Below, piece by piece: positions 8,467 through 18,212 of a stretch of DNA of 29,617 nt; within the stretch, counting starts at the first letter, position 1, and each line of letters begins with the position of its first letter. The position numbers and the translations under genes were made by a program. Under the pieces are notes generated by a model, which worked only from the letters and a program-made list of their open reading frames with translations, searched no databases and was not told where the DNA came from. This stretch comes from an uncultured Candidatus Saccharibacteria bacterium (GTDB lineage Bacteria > Patescibacteriota > WWE3 > JAUXAW01 > CAYREW01), in NCBI GenBank assembly GCA_964423535.1, contig CAYREW010000003.1, positions 1-29,617 of the forward strand, read 5' to 3'.

Positions 8467-11016
8467 TCAATCTTTTTTTCTTACCAGGTAAAATACTTCC
8501 TTCACACCCTCCACTAAAAGCAAATTTAACACGCCAAAACCAGTTAACAACCCCCACTCCCAAAGAAGGAGCGGCTGGGTATGTAAAACAGCTTGAAGAG
8601 GAGGAAGGTACACTGCTGCACACATTAAAACAAAACTGACAGATACAGCAAATATCAAATACCGGTTGGAAAAAAAACTTAACCGGAAAACAGACTGGTC
8701 CAGACTTCGGCAAGCAAAAACATAAAATAAAGAATCAATACCTAAACCAACAAAAATAAAGGTCCTTATTTCCTTTATAGGTACGCCTCTGGAAAGCATC
8801 CAAATAAAAATAGAAAAAAGCAGTAAATCTGTAATTAAACTAATAATTAGAATTATTACCCGCATTTCTGCGTTGAGGAGCGGTGCGTGTTTGGGACGGG
8901 GCTTCTTTTGCATTACCCCGTCTTCGGGAGGCTCAAAAGAGAGAGCAAAGTTAGGCAAACCATCCTCAACCAAATTTATCCATAGTATCTGCGCAGAAAG
9001 CATAGGAAGAGGAAAGTTAAGGAGTAAAGATCCGGTAATAAGCACAACTTCTGTCAGCGAGCCTGAAAGCAAAAAGGTAATTGCTTTCCGCATGTTTGCA
9101 AAAATAGCCCTCCCCTCCTTTACAGCAGCAACAATAGTACCAAAATTACTATCCAATAAAATCATATCTGCTGTCTGTTTTGCCACCTCTGTTGCAGTCC
9201 CGACAACTATTCCAATATCAGCCCTTTTAAGCGCCGGCGCGTCATTAACACCATCCCCAGTCATTGCCACAACCTCACCTTTTTCCTGCAAAGCTTTGAC
9301 AATTGTAAATTTCTGCTCCGGAGTTGTCCGTGCAAAAAGCTTTATCTTGTCCAGCTTGGATACAAGCTGGTCCAATTCAAGATTCTCCAATTCATGACCT
9401 TCTATAATCTGGTCTGGCCTGACTTCCATACCTAATTGTCTCAATACCGCCTCTGCAGTCGCTTTGTAATCGCCTGTTATTGTTACAACTTTAATACCGG
9501 CTTTCCTGCATAGCTCTAAAGATTCTTTTACACCATGTCTCGGAGGGTCGGAAAAACCGACCAAGCCTAAAAATTTAAACCCGCTTCCAATTTCCGTTCT
9601 CAAACTTTCCTTCGCAGCCTCCTCTTTGCGCGGCATTGACTTAATATCTTTTTTATACGCTAGGGCTAGCACTCGAATACCTTCCTCCGCCCAGCTCTGC
9701 GCCACAGACTGCCATGCCTCTTTATCTTTAAAATTCATTTTGCACCAGGAAAGCATTTTTTCCGGTGCCCCTTTTGCATATATAAAGTCATTGCCCAAAA
9801 ACTCAACTGCCACAGACATACTGCGGTTTTTACTGGAAAAAGGTATTTCTGCCAAACGCTTATGCTGGTCATAAATTCTTTCAGCATCTCTGCCGGAAGA
9901 GTTGACTTTTTCCCACAAAGCATGATCAACCGGGTTAGCTAAATCGTTAGCAACAGCAGCTATCTGCAGCATTTTCTCTCTGTTTTCATCTGTAGAATCT
10001 TTATTAAGCGAACTACTCCAACGCACTACTTTAAGATGGCCAACTGTTAAAGTTCCTGTCTTATCTACACAAATCGTACTGGTTGATCCTAAAGTTTCAG
10101 CAGCAACCAGCTTACGCACCAGCGCTGATCGCTTTACCATTCTTTTCATACCCAAAGCTAAAATAACAGTTAGTGCCAACGGCAGACCTTCAGGTATGGA
10201 AGCAACTGCTACTGCTACTGCAATAATAAACATTTCCCTAAATGAATATCCTTGCAAAACACCTAAAGCAAAAAGAATTGCAGCTAAAACCCCAACTAAA
10301 AAACCTAAAAGCCGGCTGAACTTCGCCAACCTTAACTGCAAAGGAGTGCGCTCATCTTCCGTGTCGCTAAGCAGTTTTGCTATTGAACCGTATTTTGTAT
10401 CTTTCCCTGTTTTTAAAACTACAGCCTCCGCCTGTCCCGCCACTACAGTAGTACCCATAAAAATCTGCTCCTGACCACTTTTCTCCACAGGCCTGCTCTC
10501 ACCAGTTAGAGCTGCCTCATTAACTTGTAAATCCGATTCTTTTATTACATAGGAATCTGCAGGAACTTTGTCTCCCAAATTAAGCACTAATATATCCCCG
10601 GGTACAACTTCTTCCAATGTAATCTTCTGCACTTTACCACTGCGCCTCACCGAAACCTTTGTAACTACAGCTTCCTGCAACTTTTCCAACGCTTCAGTCG
10701 CCTTCCACTCTTGTAAAAAACCAATTACTGAATTAATAATAACAGCGCCAAAAATTACAAATGCGTCTGTTACTCCATGAAAAATTAAAGAAACAATCCC
10801 GGCAATAACAAGAATATAAATTAAAGGGCTTCTAAATTGGGAGAGTAAAATAAAAAGTTTACCTTTCTTTTTTTTCCGGGGAAGTGTGTTTTCACCGTAC
10901 TTTAGTAAACGGTGTTCAGCTTCTTTTTGTGAAAGGCCTTCTGCAGAAGTAGACCATTTTTCTAAGACTTCTTTTGTAGATAGATTGGTGTAGTCAGTTT
11001 GTTGTTGGGCAGTCAT
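8467..11016 (-). CDS. Cation-transporting P-type ATPase (type II, Ca2+-like)
   Basis: TGES, PEGL, DKTGT, KGAPE, TGD and GDGVND motifs. Confidence 0.95.
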   Translation of the reverse strand: MTAQQQTDYTNLSTKEVLEKWSTSAEGLSQKEAEHRLLKYGENTLPRKKKKGKLFILLSQFRSPLIYILVIAGIVSLIFHGVTDAFVIFGAVIINSVIGFLQEWKATEALEKLQEAVVTKVSVRRSGKVQKITLEEVVPGDILVLNLGDKVPADSYVIKESDLQVNEAALTGESRPVEKSGQEQIFMGTTVVAGQAEAVVLKTGKDTKYGSIAKLLSDTEDERTPLQLRLAKFSRLLGFLVGVLAAILFALGVLQGYSFREMFIIAVAVAVASIPEGLPLALTVILALGMKRMVKRSALVRKLVAAETLGSTSTICVDKTGTLTVGHLKVVRWSSSLNKDSTDENREKMLQIAAVANDLANPVDHALWEKVNSSGRDAERIYDQHKRLAEIPFSSKNRSMSVAVEFLGNDFIYAKGAPEKMLSWCKMNFKDKEAWQSVAQSWAEEGIRVLALAYKKDIKSMPRKEEAAKESLRTEIGSGFKFLGLVGFSDPPRHGVKESLELCRKAGIKVVTITGDYKATAEAVLRQLGMEVRPDQIIEGHELENLELDQLVSKLDKIKLFARTTPEQKFTIVKALQEKGEVVAMTGDGVNDAPALKRADIGIVVGTATEVAKQTADMILLDSNFGTIVAAVKEGRAIFANMRKAITFLLSGSLTEVVLITGSLLLNFPLPMLSAQILWINLVEDGLPNFALSFEPPEDGVMQKKPRPKHAPLLNAEMRVIILIISLITDLLLFSIFIWMLSRGVPIKEIRTFIFVGLGIDSLFYVFACRSLDQSVFRLSFFSNRYLIFAVSVSFVLMCAAVYLPPLQAVLHTQPLLLWEWGLLTGFGVLNLLLVEGVKEVFYLVRKKD

Positions 11017-11083
11017 TTTAAAAATAGGTTACTTAAGTTGCTTAGGAAACTTACGACGAGGTTTTGCCCGTTAGGAAAAACTC

Positions 11084-12913
11084 TCAATTGTTATTCCTTA
11101 CACCCTGGTCTTTAAACATAGTTTTTAGCTCTTTCAAAGATGTGGCATCTTCTGCTTTTTTATCATCCCTCCAGGATGTCAGCCGCGGAAAGCGAAGAGC
11201 GTAGCCAGCAGTGTGTAACGGGCTTTCCGTTATTTCATCCGCGCTAATTTCGACAATTATATCAGGACTTGACCACACTGACGGTTTCAGCTCTTTGGGA
11301 ACACTGTAACGTGCAGGAGGTTCAGCCGCCTCTGCGTTATCACACCTCTTCTTCATCTCCCTCCACTGCTCATCTGTCAATCCTGTCCCAATTTTACTCA
11401 CTGTTTTAAATAAATCAGCTTCTGAATCGTAAACTCCAACTAAAAAAGCACCAATTCCTAACTCACTGCGCCTGCCTTTGCCGCTGTAGTATCCGAGAAC
11501 AACACAGTCCACAGTGTCAGACAATAAAGAATCTTCACCCTCATACTTAAACTTAACCCAGGAAAAACCCCTTGTACCAGCTTCGTACTCTGAATTACCA
11601 TTTTTTAAAACTAAACCTTCTAAACCTTGCTCAACAGCATTTTCCAATTCCTCAATCAGCTCTTCTGCTGATTCAATTTTTTTGTTCTTAGTAAGCTGTA
11701 AATCCGCATCTTTACCATCAATAACTTCTTTAAGTATTCTTCTACGAGCAGTATAGCTCTGTTTTAACAAACTCTCACCATTTAAATACAAAAGATCAAA
11801 AACAAAATAACGCAAAGGAACTTCAGCGCTTTTCTCCTCAATGCCGTATTTACGCTTCCGCTGCATTGTTACCTGAAACGGGAGATAATTACCGCTTTTA
11901 GGGTCGTAACCTACTGCTTCCCCATCCAAAATTAAACTTTCCGCATTTGTATTTTCCACCACTGCTGAAAGTATATCCGGAAACATAAGGGTTACATCTT
12001 CCAAATTTCTGGTAAAGGCTTTGAGCAAACATCCCCTACCTACACTCTCCTTGTTTTGAAACAAAGTCTGCTCCTCCCCCTCCGCCGGTTGAGATTTATC
12101 CAAATGGACCTGGACTCTTGTACCGTCAAATTTTGCTTCTGCATAAACATGCTTCATCTTTTCCATTATTTCCTCTGCAGTTGGAATACGCTGACAAAGC
12201 ATAGGCAAAACAGGCCTGCCCACAGTAACAGATACCTGCTCTATCCCTTTTTTACCCTTTTTCCGGAAAGTCTTTGCAATATAACCAATATCGGGACAAG
12301 CATTGTAAGCTTGCTCAAGAGGGTTGCGTAAAGATTTGTCTTCTTTCTCCATCCAGGACAAAGCATCTAAAATAGTTTTTTCCCCCAAACCTAAACGCAT
12401 TTTTTCAATTGGTATTCGGACTACGTATTTAGCACTCAAGGAAGATATTTGCGAAAGCAGATTAGCAAACTGTTTGCTTTTGCGCTCAACCGAACCTTTG
12501 CCTTCTACAACGGCGATTTCCAACAGCTTGTTGTGAATATCAAGAACAGTTAAAGACCCTGCTTTTAAAGACCCTGCTTTTGAAGACCCTGCTTTTGAAA
12601 ACCCTGCTTTCCTATTTTCGGAAAGCTTTTCTGCAACTTCACCCAAGTCACCGCGCTGCTCAAACAAATCTTTGACTTTTTCCTGTTCCGTTTTGTAAGC
12701 TTGAGCAATAATTTTCACCATCATTTTTTCACCAAGATTAAATTTCACTGTTTCGTAAAGGGGTGCAACTCTACCGACAAGTAAATAGCAAAGTTTATCA
12801 ATTTCTTCTGCTGAGCTTTTTTCCAATATTTCAGCCAAGATCTCCGTCATTTCGTTGCGGGAGTCAGTTGATTCAAGTTGGTGGAGATAGTTAGAAAACG
12901 TTTTAAATAGCAT
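11084..12913 (-). CDS. lig: ATP-dependent DNA ligase (archaeal/eukaryal-type DBD-NTase-OB layout)
   Basis: Motif I EAKFDG, LDGEAV, VFDLLY, EGLVLK, WVKFK and LRFPR. Confidence 0.93.
   Translation of the reverse strand: MLFKTFSNYLHQLESTDSRNEMTEILAEILEKSSAEEIDKLCYLLVGRVAPLYETVKFNLGEKMMVKIIAQAYKTEQEKVKDLFEQRGDLGEVAEKLSENRKAGFSKAGSSKAGSLKAGSLTVLDIHNKLLEIAVVEGKGSVERKSKQFANLLSQISSLSAKYVVRIPIEKMRLGLGEKTILDALSWMEKEDKSLRNPLEQAYNACPDIGYIAKTFRKKGKKGIEQVSVTVGRPVLPMLCQRIPTAEEIMEKMKHVYAEAKFDGTRVQVHLDKSQPAEGEEQTLFQNKESVGRGCLLKAFTRNLEDVTLMFPDILSAVVENTNAESLILDGEAVGYDPKSGNYLPFQVTMQRKRKYGIEEKSAEVPLRYFVFDLLYLNGESLLKQSYTARRRILKEVIDGKDADLQLTKNKKIESAEELIEELENAVEQGLEGLVLKNGNSEYEAGTRGFSWVKFKYEGEDSLLSDTVDCVVLGYYSGKGRRSELGIGAFLVGVYDSEADLFKTVSKIGTGLTDEQWREMKKRCDNAEAAEPPARYSVPKELKPSVWSSPDIIVEISADEITESPLHTAGYALRFPRLTSWRDDKKAEDATSLKELKTMFKDQGVRNNN
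12552..12611. repeat. 4 x 15-bp in-frame tandem repeat in the ligase
   Basis: Units (a/g)aa(g/a)accctgcttt(t/c), encoding KAGFS-KAGSS-KAGSL-KAGSL. Confidence 0.9.
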
Positions 12914-12941
12914 TGTTTAATTATAGCGTAAACAGCAATAA

Positions 12942-13027
12942 CCTGTTAGACTGCTATATTGTTATCCTGTTACACACCTTATTTATCAAGGTCCGGTTGC
13001 AGAGTAACAGGATACCAGCATAGCAGG
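12942..13027. repeat. Empty TATCCTG/CAGGATA inverted-repeat cassette
   Basis: Left arm ctgctatattgttatcctgttac, right arm gtaacaggataccagcatagcagg, 30-nt spacer. Confidence 0.75.
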
Positions 13028-13081
13028 TTTCCTTACATAAACTAAATAAACCACATCACCGAACTCAGAATCTTGTAAAAA

Positions 13082-13873
13082 TTAGCCTCCCCTGTAATAC
13101 CCCCACAAAGCCTCAAATTGCGCTCTTTCGTGCTCTGCAAGAGTCTCCTCCTCAATAATTACCCCTACCAAATTATCGTGGGAAATATAAGCAACTTTGT
13201 TCATATAAATTTGTTTATCTACGTGGCCGAAAGCTGTTTGCGGATTGCTGGGCATTATTACTATTTCGTGGTTTGCCGAAGCATACTTTTCCTTGTATTC
13301 GCGGACAGCAGGGTTTTCCTCCAAAAGCTCGCGGGTTGGAATTTTTCTACTCTCAACCTGCTCAATAAAATCTTTTAGATAATTTGGATCGGCGTGGAAA
13401 GACTTCTGGACATCTGCACTTCCCTGGCAAATTATTAAAATCTCATCGCTCTTTAGCGCATCGTAATAAACAGTTTCCAAACCGCCCTCTCCTTCAAAAA
13501 AGCGGACTTTCGGAAACTGGGGCTCGTGAGAACGGTGCAGAACACTTAAAAAAGGCAAATCTTTGGAAAGTTTACCTAAATTACGGTCCACTTCACTTGC
13601 TTTTTCTGATAATAGAAGGTGGAGCCTTTCCGGACTTTCCGAAGTAAAATGCTTTGTATTTTCCACTGTAACGCACGAAATTAATCCCTGCTTAACCAAA
13701 TCATCCAGTAAACCGTAAGTTGTGCTACGCGGCACTTTAGAGCGTTTTGCAATATGCGAGGCTGGAGCACTCCCCTCTTCTAAGCATGCCAAATACACCG
13801 ACGCGTGCTCCGGAGTTAAATTTAACTGACGAAAACAATTGCGGATGGATTCTGTCGCCGGCTTCGACAACAC
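13082..13873 (-). CDS. TrmB-family transcriptional regulator
   Basis: N-terminal wHTH (ASHIAKRSKVPRSTTYGLLDDL) and VRFFEGEGG motif; GTG start uncertain. Confidence 0.85.
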   Translation of the reverse strand: MLSKPATESIRNCFRQLNLTPEHASVYLACLEEGSAPASHIAKRSKVPRSTTYGLLDDLVKQGLISCVTVENTKHFTSESPERLHLLLSEKASEVDRNLGKLSKDLPFLSVLHRSHEPQFPKVRFFEGEGGLETVYYDALKSDEILIICQGSADVQKSFHADPNYLKDFIEQVESRKIPTRELLEENPAVREYKEKYASANHEIVIMPSNPQTAFGHVDKQIYMNKVAYISHDNLVGVIIEEETLAEHERAQFEALWGYYRGG

Positions 13874-13951
13874 TTTGATTAATACTATTATAAAAGGTAG
13901 AATACTGTCAAGAGTTGGAACAGTATCTGATAAAGTAAGCGAGGGGGTCCC

Positions 13952-14197
13952 ATGCGGTTACGACTGTTATGCAGATTATTGAAAATAGATTTAGAGTTTA
14001 TAAGGTCGGGAAGTATTTTTGATGGTGAAACAGTACAGTGCCATTTAGAGCAGGTACTTAGCAGTGAAAACTTGGAACAAAACGTACACAGAAATGCAAA
14101 AAAGGCTTCAAAGCTGATCTATTACGGATTTGTTGAGGAACAGGACATTCCCAAACTGGCGAAATTACTAGAAAGTATAATAGCTGAACTTAAGTAA
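13952..14197 (+). CDS. Hypothetical protein (81 aa)
   Basis: Fills an intergenic gap, has a GAGGGGG SD-like site and is followed by a terminator. Confidence 0.5.
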   Translation: MRLRLLCRLLKIDLEFIRSGSIFDGETVQCHLEQVLSSENLEQNVHRNAKKASKLIYYGFVEEQDIPKLAKLLESIIAELK

Positions 14198-14213
14198 GGT
14201 GTGGATTGATTAA

Positions 14214-14257
14214 AGCAGCGTTTGGGCAAAGGTAACCGCTCGGACGTTGCTTTTTTT
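14214..14257 (+). terminator. Intrinsic terminator
   Basis: 14-bp stem with G:U pairs (agcagcgtttgggc/gctcggacgttgct) followed by a T-run. Confidence 0.7.
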
Positions 14258-14330
14258 ATTTCAGCAAAAGGTCTGTAAACCACTCGGTATTTCAAAACAA
14301 ATTGCTATAGAAAGAAATATCACAGCATAC

Positions 14331-14362
14331 TTAGAAATTAGTTATTAGAAATTAGAAATTTA
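14331..14362. repeat. TTAGAAA 7-mer array at the recF stop
   Basis: 14331-14349 is identical to 6830-6848 in the 16S h9 insert. Confidence 0.75.
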
Positions 14363-15469
14363 TTTTCCCAACTCTATAACAACAGACCGCTCCTTAAAAT
14401 ATTTCCGCACAATATCCGGATTTGTAGTCGTCACAATCGTCTGCTGTTTTGGAATCACTTCCAAAATACCGACGCGGTTTTCCGCATCCAGCTCTGAAAA
14501 AACATCGTCTAAAAGAAGTATAGGACGCTCACCAGTAATTTGGGAACGCACCTCAAGTTCAGCAAGCTTTAGAGCTGTTACTGCCAACCTCTGTTCTCCT
14601 CTTGACCCGTACACCGACAAATCGATTGCTCTATTATTCGTTTCAATTTGTGAACCTTCCGTATTCGCGTTAATCCGTGTAAAACTAAAATCGTCACGGT
14701 GCGGACCTAAAATTGTTGTCCCCAGCCGAACCTCGTCTTTTCTTACCTCCCTAAATTTATCCAAATCCAGCACTTCCGGATTGTATTTAAGAAGCAAACT
14801 ATCCAGAACTCCGTACTTATTCTTACTCAACACCTGATTTAGTTTATTTACAAGTTCTGTTCTTCCCCGGGTAATTTTATTTCCCAATTCAACTACTCTT
14901 TCCGTCCATAAATGCCAATCGGTTCCGTTTGAATTTCCTTTCTGCATTGCTTTTAGAAGATTGTTTCTTTGAATGCGTGCTTTCCTATATTTTGAGGCTA
15001 TAGAGGAATAATCAACAGCAACAGCAAAAAGTATAGAATCTAAATAATCCCGCCTTCTGGAAGGCGAACCTAAAATTAATCTTATCTCTTCGGGACCAAA
15101 ATAAACAACCTGAAAATTGCTGGCAAAGCTTTTCCTCTTTCTTCCCACACCCTCTACAACATATTTCTTACGCACTCTGTTTGTATCTTCCCCATCATAA
15201 ACAGCATTTACTCCTAACTGTGTTGCCCCACTTTGCTCTCCCTTTTCCAATACAGCTTCAAGGTGAAAACTTTCGTTCCCGCTCTGAATTAGATGCTCTC
15301 CATGGTGCTCGCTAAAAGATCTTCCTGTTGCCAATAGTACAATTGCTTCTAGAAGATTGGTTTTACCGGCTGTATTGGGGCCGATTACAACAGTCAAATC
15401 AGGACTGAACTCAAAATCAGCCTGATTATAACTGCGGAAGTTGGTTAGAGAAAGCGTGTGTAAATACAT
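14360..15469 (-). CDS. recF: DNA replication/repair protein RecF
   Basis: NFRSY, Walker A GPNTAGKTN, GPHRDD, GSRGEQR, LLLDDVFSELD. Confidence 0.96.
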   Translation of the reverse strand: MYLHTLSLTNFRSYNQADFEFSPDLTVVIGPNTAGKTNLLEAIVLLATGRSFSEHHGEHLIQSGNESFHLEAVLEKGEQSGATQLGVNAVYDGEDTNRVRKKYVVEGVGRKRKSFASNFQVVYFGPEEIRLILGSPSRRRDYLDSILFAVAVDYSSIASKYRKARIQRNNLLKAMQKGNSNGTDWHLWTERVVELGNKITRGRTELVNKLNQVLSKNKYGVLDSLLLKYNPEVLDLDKFREVRKDEVRLGTTILGPHRDDFSFTRINANTEGSQIETNNRAIDLSVYGSRGEQRLAVTALKLAELEVRSQITGERPILLLDDVFSELDAENRVGILEVIPKQQTIVTTTNPDIVRKYFKERSVVIELGK

Positions 15470-15592
15470 TAACTGGAAAAATTATATCAAGAAAAATCTG
15501 AGAATTTACAGCTCAGCGCAGAGAACATGCTGCCAGGATATCAGGATAACAGAGTGGAAAGAAAATCTTGCATAAATCTTATTATTAAAATA

Positions 15593-16567
15593 TCAGTTGT
15601 CTTGACAGACGGGGCAGTAGAATGTTCCTCTTCCTCCTACCTTAATCCTCTTAATTATCCCACCATCGTCTCTTAAACAAGGCTTGTCTTTACGACCGTA
15701 TACTTTGAAATTCTGCTGGTAACTTCCTTTTCCACCGTGCGCATCCCTGTACCACATATCCGATGCCCCCTTTGTTTCTAAACCCTCCTTCAAAACTTTC
15801 TCTACTGCCTGGTATAAATTCTCCATTTGGTTTTCGGATAAGCTCTTTGCAGGGGTTTCAGGATGAATCTTAGCCAACCATAAAGCATCATTAGCATAAA
15901 TATTACCTATTCCAGCAATCCTCTTTTGGTCAATCAAAACTGTCTTAACCATTGCCCTTGTATTGGAAAGTATTTTTTTGAATTTATCTAAGGTTAGGTC
16001 GTCCAGAGGTTCGGGTCCGTATTTTTTTAGCGCTTGTTTAACCTCATCTTCGCCAGCAAGCTTAATGTATCCAAACTTGCGAGCATTGGCAAAACGCAGT
16101 TCTTTCCCTTTAGAAAGCTTTATCCATACCTCAACATATTTATCTTCAGGATCATTCTGGTTGCGGATAAGTAGACGGCCGGACATGCGGAGGTGGCAGA
16201 GGAGAAAAGTGTAATCGCCATCCTGGAACACATCATCCTGAGCTGTCCCACCCCCGTCATTCTGAGCATTACCCCCGTCATTCTGAGCGGAGCGAAGAAT
16301 CCCCTGCAAGTCTTGACCAACATGGGATTCTTCGGCTGTGTTTCTCACAGCCTCAGAATGGCGGCTGTTAGAAGAAAGCACAAAAACAAGGAGCTTAGCG
16401 CGGCGCCCTACACCTGTAAACTGTTTACCGACAATTACCTGCTTCACCTCCTGCGGATCCGGTTTAAGAAGCCGTTTATCCTCCCAAACAACATCCCGGA
16501 CTTCCAGTCCAACTAATTCTTTATTTAACTCGCGTCGTATTGTTTCTACTTCTGGTAATTCTGGCAT
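15593..16567 (-). CDS. mutM: Formamidopyrimidine-DNA glycosylase with an about 49-aa repeat-derived insertion
   Basis: MPELPEVE start, RRAK, HLRMSG, H2TH GIGNIYA; C-terminal zinc finger whose first pair reads CxxD. Confidence 0.95.
   Translation of the reverse strand: MPELPEVETIRRELNKELVGLEVRDVVWEDKRLLKPDPQEVKQVIVGKQFTGVGRRAKLLVFVLSSNSRHSEAVRNTAEESHVGQDLQGILRSAQNDGGNAQNDGGGTAQDDVFQDGDYTFLLCHLRMSGRLLIRNQNDPEDKYVEVWIKLSKGKELRFANARKFGYIKLAGEDEVKQALKKYGPEPLDDLTLDKFKKILSNTRAMVKTVLIDQKRIAGIGNIYANDALWLAKIHPETPAKSLSENQMENLYQAVEKVLKEGLETKGASDMWYRDAHGGKGSYQQNFKVYGRKDKPCLRDDGGIIKRIKVGGRGTFYCPVCQDN
16220..16366. repeat. REP-like GTCATTCTGAG element inside mutM
   Basis: gtcattctgag..gaagaatccc / gggattcttc..ctcagaatggc inverted repeat plus two extra tandem left-end copies. 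Confidence 0.85.
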
Positions 16568-16575
16568 AATATTCC

Positions 16576-16635
16576 TTAACTGTTCTTGCCCTGCACCCTA
16601 CGTGGTGCAGGGTCCACTTCCGGTAATTCCGGCAT
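16576..16635 (-). pseudogene. Relic mutM start: 19-aa mini-ORF MPELPEVDPAPRRVQGKNS
   Basis: ATGCCGGAATTACCGGAAGTG then a palindrome and TAA; TGnTAAAAT lies 6 nt upstream. Confidence 0.8.
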
Positions 16636-16775
16636 ATTGAGATTTTAACATAAGGGTGTAAAGGGTTTTAATTTAGTTCCCTGGGTAACTTAAGATTCTT
16701 AAGTAACTTAGGAGGAAGAACCTTCTGTGCCAAAAGTACTGAAATAGCAACGGTTACGTTGCGCCCTGAAGATCG

Positions 16776-17855
16776 CTACTCAGAAAGAGTACGCCCCGCC
16801 GTTACTAAATCTATAAACCCCTGCATAAAATTATCCTTGCTAAACTTTCTAGCCTCAGCAATACAGTCTTCACTACGATACTTCGAAGTATCGAAGTGTT
16901 CAAGAACAGAGGTGAGACTTTCTACTGTAGGACTGTTGAAGAAAGCGCCTGTCTTACCTTCAATAACAGTTTCCTCTGCTCCCCCGCCGCGGAGCGCAAT
17001 TACCGGTTTGCCGTAACTCATTGCTTCCACAGGCACAATGCCGAAATCCTCCTCGGAAACAGGAAAAATTACTGCTGTGCAGCTCCTATAAAGATTTTCC
17101 AGTTCACTATCGGAAACAAATCCCAGCATTTCCACGCTTGGTCCGGCAAGTTTGCGCAACTTATTTTCCTCTCTGCCTGTGCCAACAACTTTAAGCGGCA
17201 ATCCCAGCTTACTGCAAGCTCTAATTGCAACATCAACGTTTTTGTAAGCGGAGAGGCGCCCGACATACAAATAGAAGTTTTCCATATCATAGGTCCCGTT
17301 TGTCGTATTTGACTTATTCAGGGTAACCACAGGAGGATATATAACAGCATCAACTTCCCTCCCCCAAAACTTTTTAATTCTTTTTGCTGTATTTTTAGAG
17401 TTAGCAACAATAACATCAGGGCGCTGGGCAGAAGAAAAATCCCAAAGGCGAAGTAGATGATCAATTGGTCTCAACAAAGGACCAATTAAAGAGCCGCGCC
17501 TGTCAATTTCGCTAGGATAGTTATACAAAAACCGCGGCGGGGTGTGGCAGTAAAATATGTGCAGCTGTTCGGGAGTAGTTAATACACTTTTAGACCAAAT
17601 TGTGCCGTCGGAGATTATTACATCGTAACCGCGGAGGTCAAAGCTTTCAAAAGCCAGAGGCAAAAAACAAGTGGCAGCTTTACCCAGCTTACCTAAAACT
17701 CCCCCAACCTTGCGAATCTGACTGCTTTCAATTGTTGATTGATTATAAAAAGATGTAAAAACAGGAGCTTTAGGATACATTTCTTTTAAAACTGCCAGTA
17801 CCCTTTCCGCACCGCCGAATTCAGTTAAATAATCGTGGACTAAAGCTACATCCAT
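16776..17855 (-). CDS. Glycosyltransferase family 4
   Basis: VALVHDYL..GGAERV, YCHTPPR and EDFGIVPVEAM motifs. Confidence 0.93.
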   Translation of the reverse strand: MDVALVHDYLTEFGGAERVLAVLKEMYPKAPVFTSFYNQSTIESSQIRKVGGVLGKLGKAATCFLPLAFESFDLRGYDVIISDGTIWSKSVLTTPEQLHIFYCHTPPRFLYNYPSEIDRRGSLIGPLLRPIDHLLRLWDFSSAQRPDVIVANSKNTAKRIKKFWGREVDAVIYPPVVTLNKSNTTNGTYDMENFYLYVGRLSAYKNVDVAIRACSKLGLPLKVVGTGREENKLRKLAGPSVEMLGFVSDSELENLYRSCTAVIFPVSEEDFGIVPVEAMSYGKPVIALRGGGAEETVIEGKTGAFFNSPTVESLTSVLEHFDTSKYRSEDCIAEARKFSKDNFMQGFIDLVTAGRTLSE

Positions 17856-17900
17856 AAACTTATTTTACCATTTAAGCAAAAAAAACTGGTTTGCATCCAA

Positions 17901-17929
17901 TTGACACAAACGTACGTTTATGGTATCTT
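17901..17929 (+). promoter_or_regulatory. TA operon promoter with palindromic operator
   Basis: TTGACA-17-TATCTT; perfect palindrome aaacgtacgttt (17908-17919) in the spacer. Confidence 0.75.
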
Positions 17930-17937
17930 TGCTAATA

Positions 17938-18201
17938 ATGAAAAAAATTCAAAAAATAGGCGCTACAGAAGCCAGAAATGACTTTTTTAATTTACTTACA
18001 AAAAGCTTTAAAAAGAAACAGCCTTATTTAATTGAAAAAGGCAAAATACCAACTGCTTATTTAATACCAGTAACGCTGGAAAAACCAGGAAAAGGGGCTG
18101 GAAACAGCTATGCAGACGAGTTACTAAAACTCAAGGGAAGCTGGTTCTCATATAAAGATTGGGTAACTATTAGAGAGGAAGTGGCTAACAGAGAACTATA
18201 A
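17938..18201 (+). CDS. Phd/YefM-like antitoxin
   Basis: IGATEARNDF..PYLIEK Phd-like N-terminus; start moved to 17938 because ATG 17920 lies within the promoter. Confidence 0.8.
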   Translation: MKKIQKIGATEARNDFFNLLTKSFKKKQPYLIEKGKIPTAYLIPVTLEKPGKGAGNSYADELLKLKGSWFSYKDWVTIREEVANREL

Positions 18202-18212
18202 ACTGCAGCAAA

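Noticed and set aside
8462-12536. Alternative-frame and antisense ORFs within the ATPase and ligase
   Set aside because: Shadows of long genuine genes.
12552-12611. Possible CRISPR array
   Set aside because: Spacerless 15-bp coding tandem; no cas genes or spaced repeats anywhere in the window.
17920-17937. Antitoxin start at 17920
   Set aside because: The ATG lies inside the promoter spacer, upstream of the -10 box.
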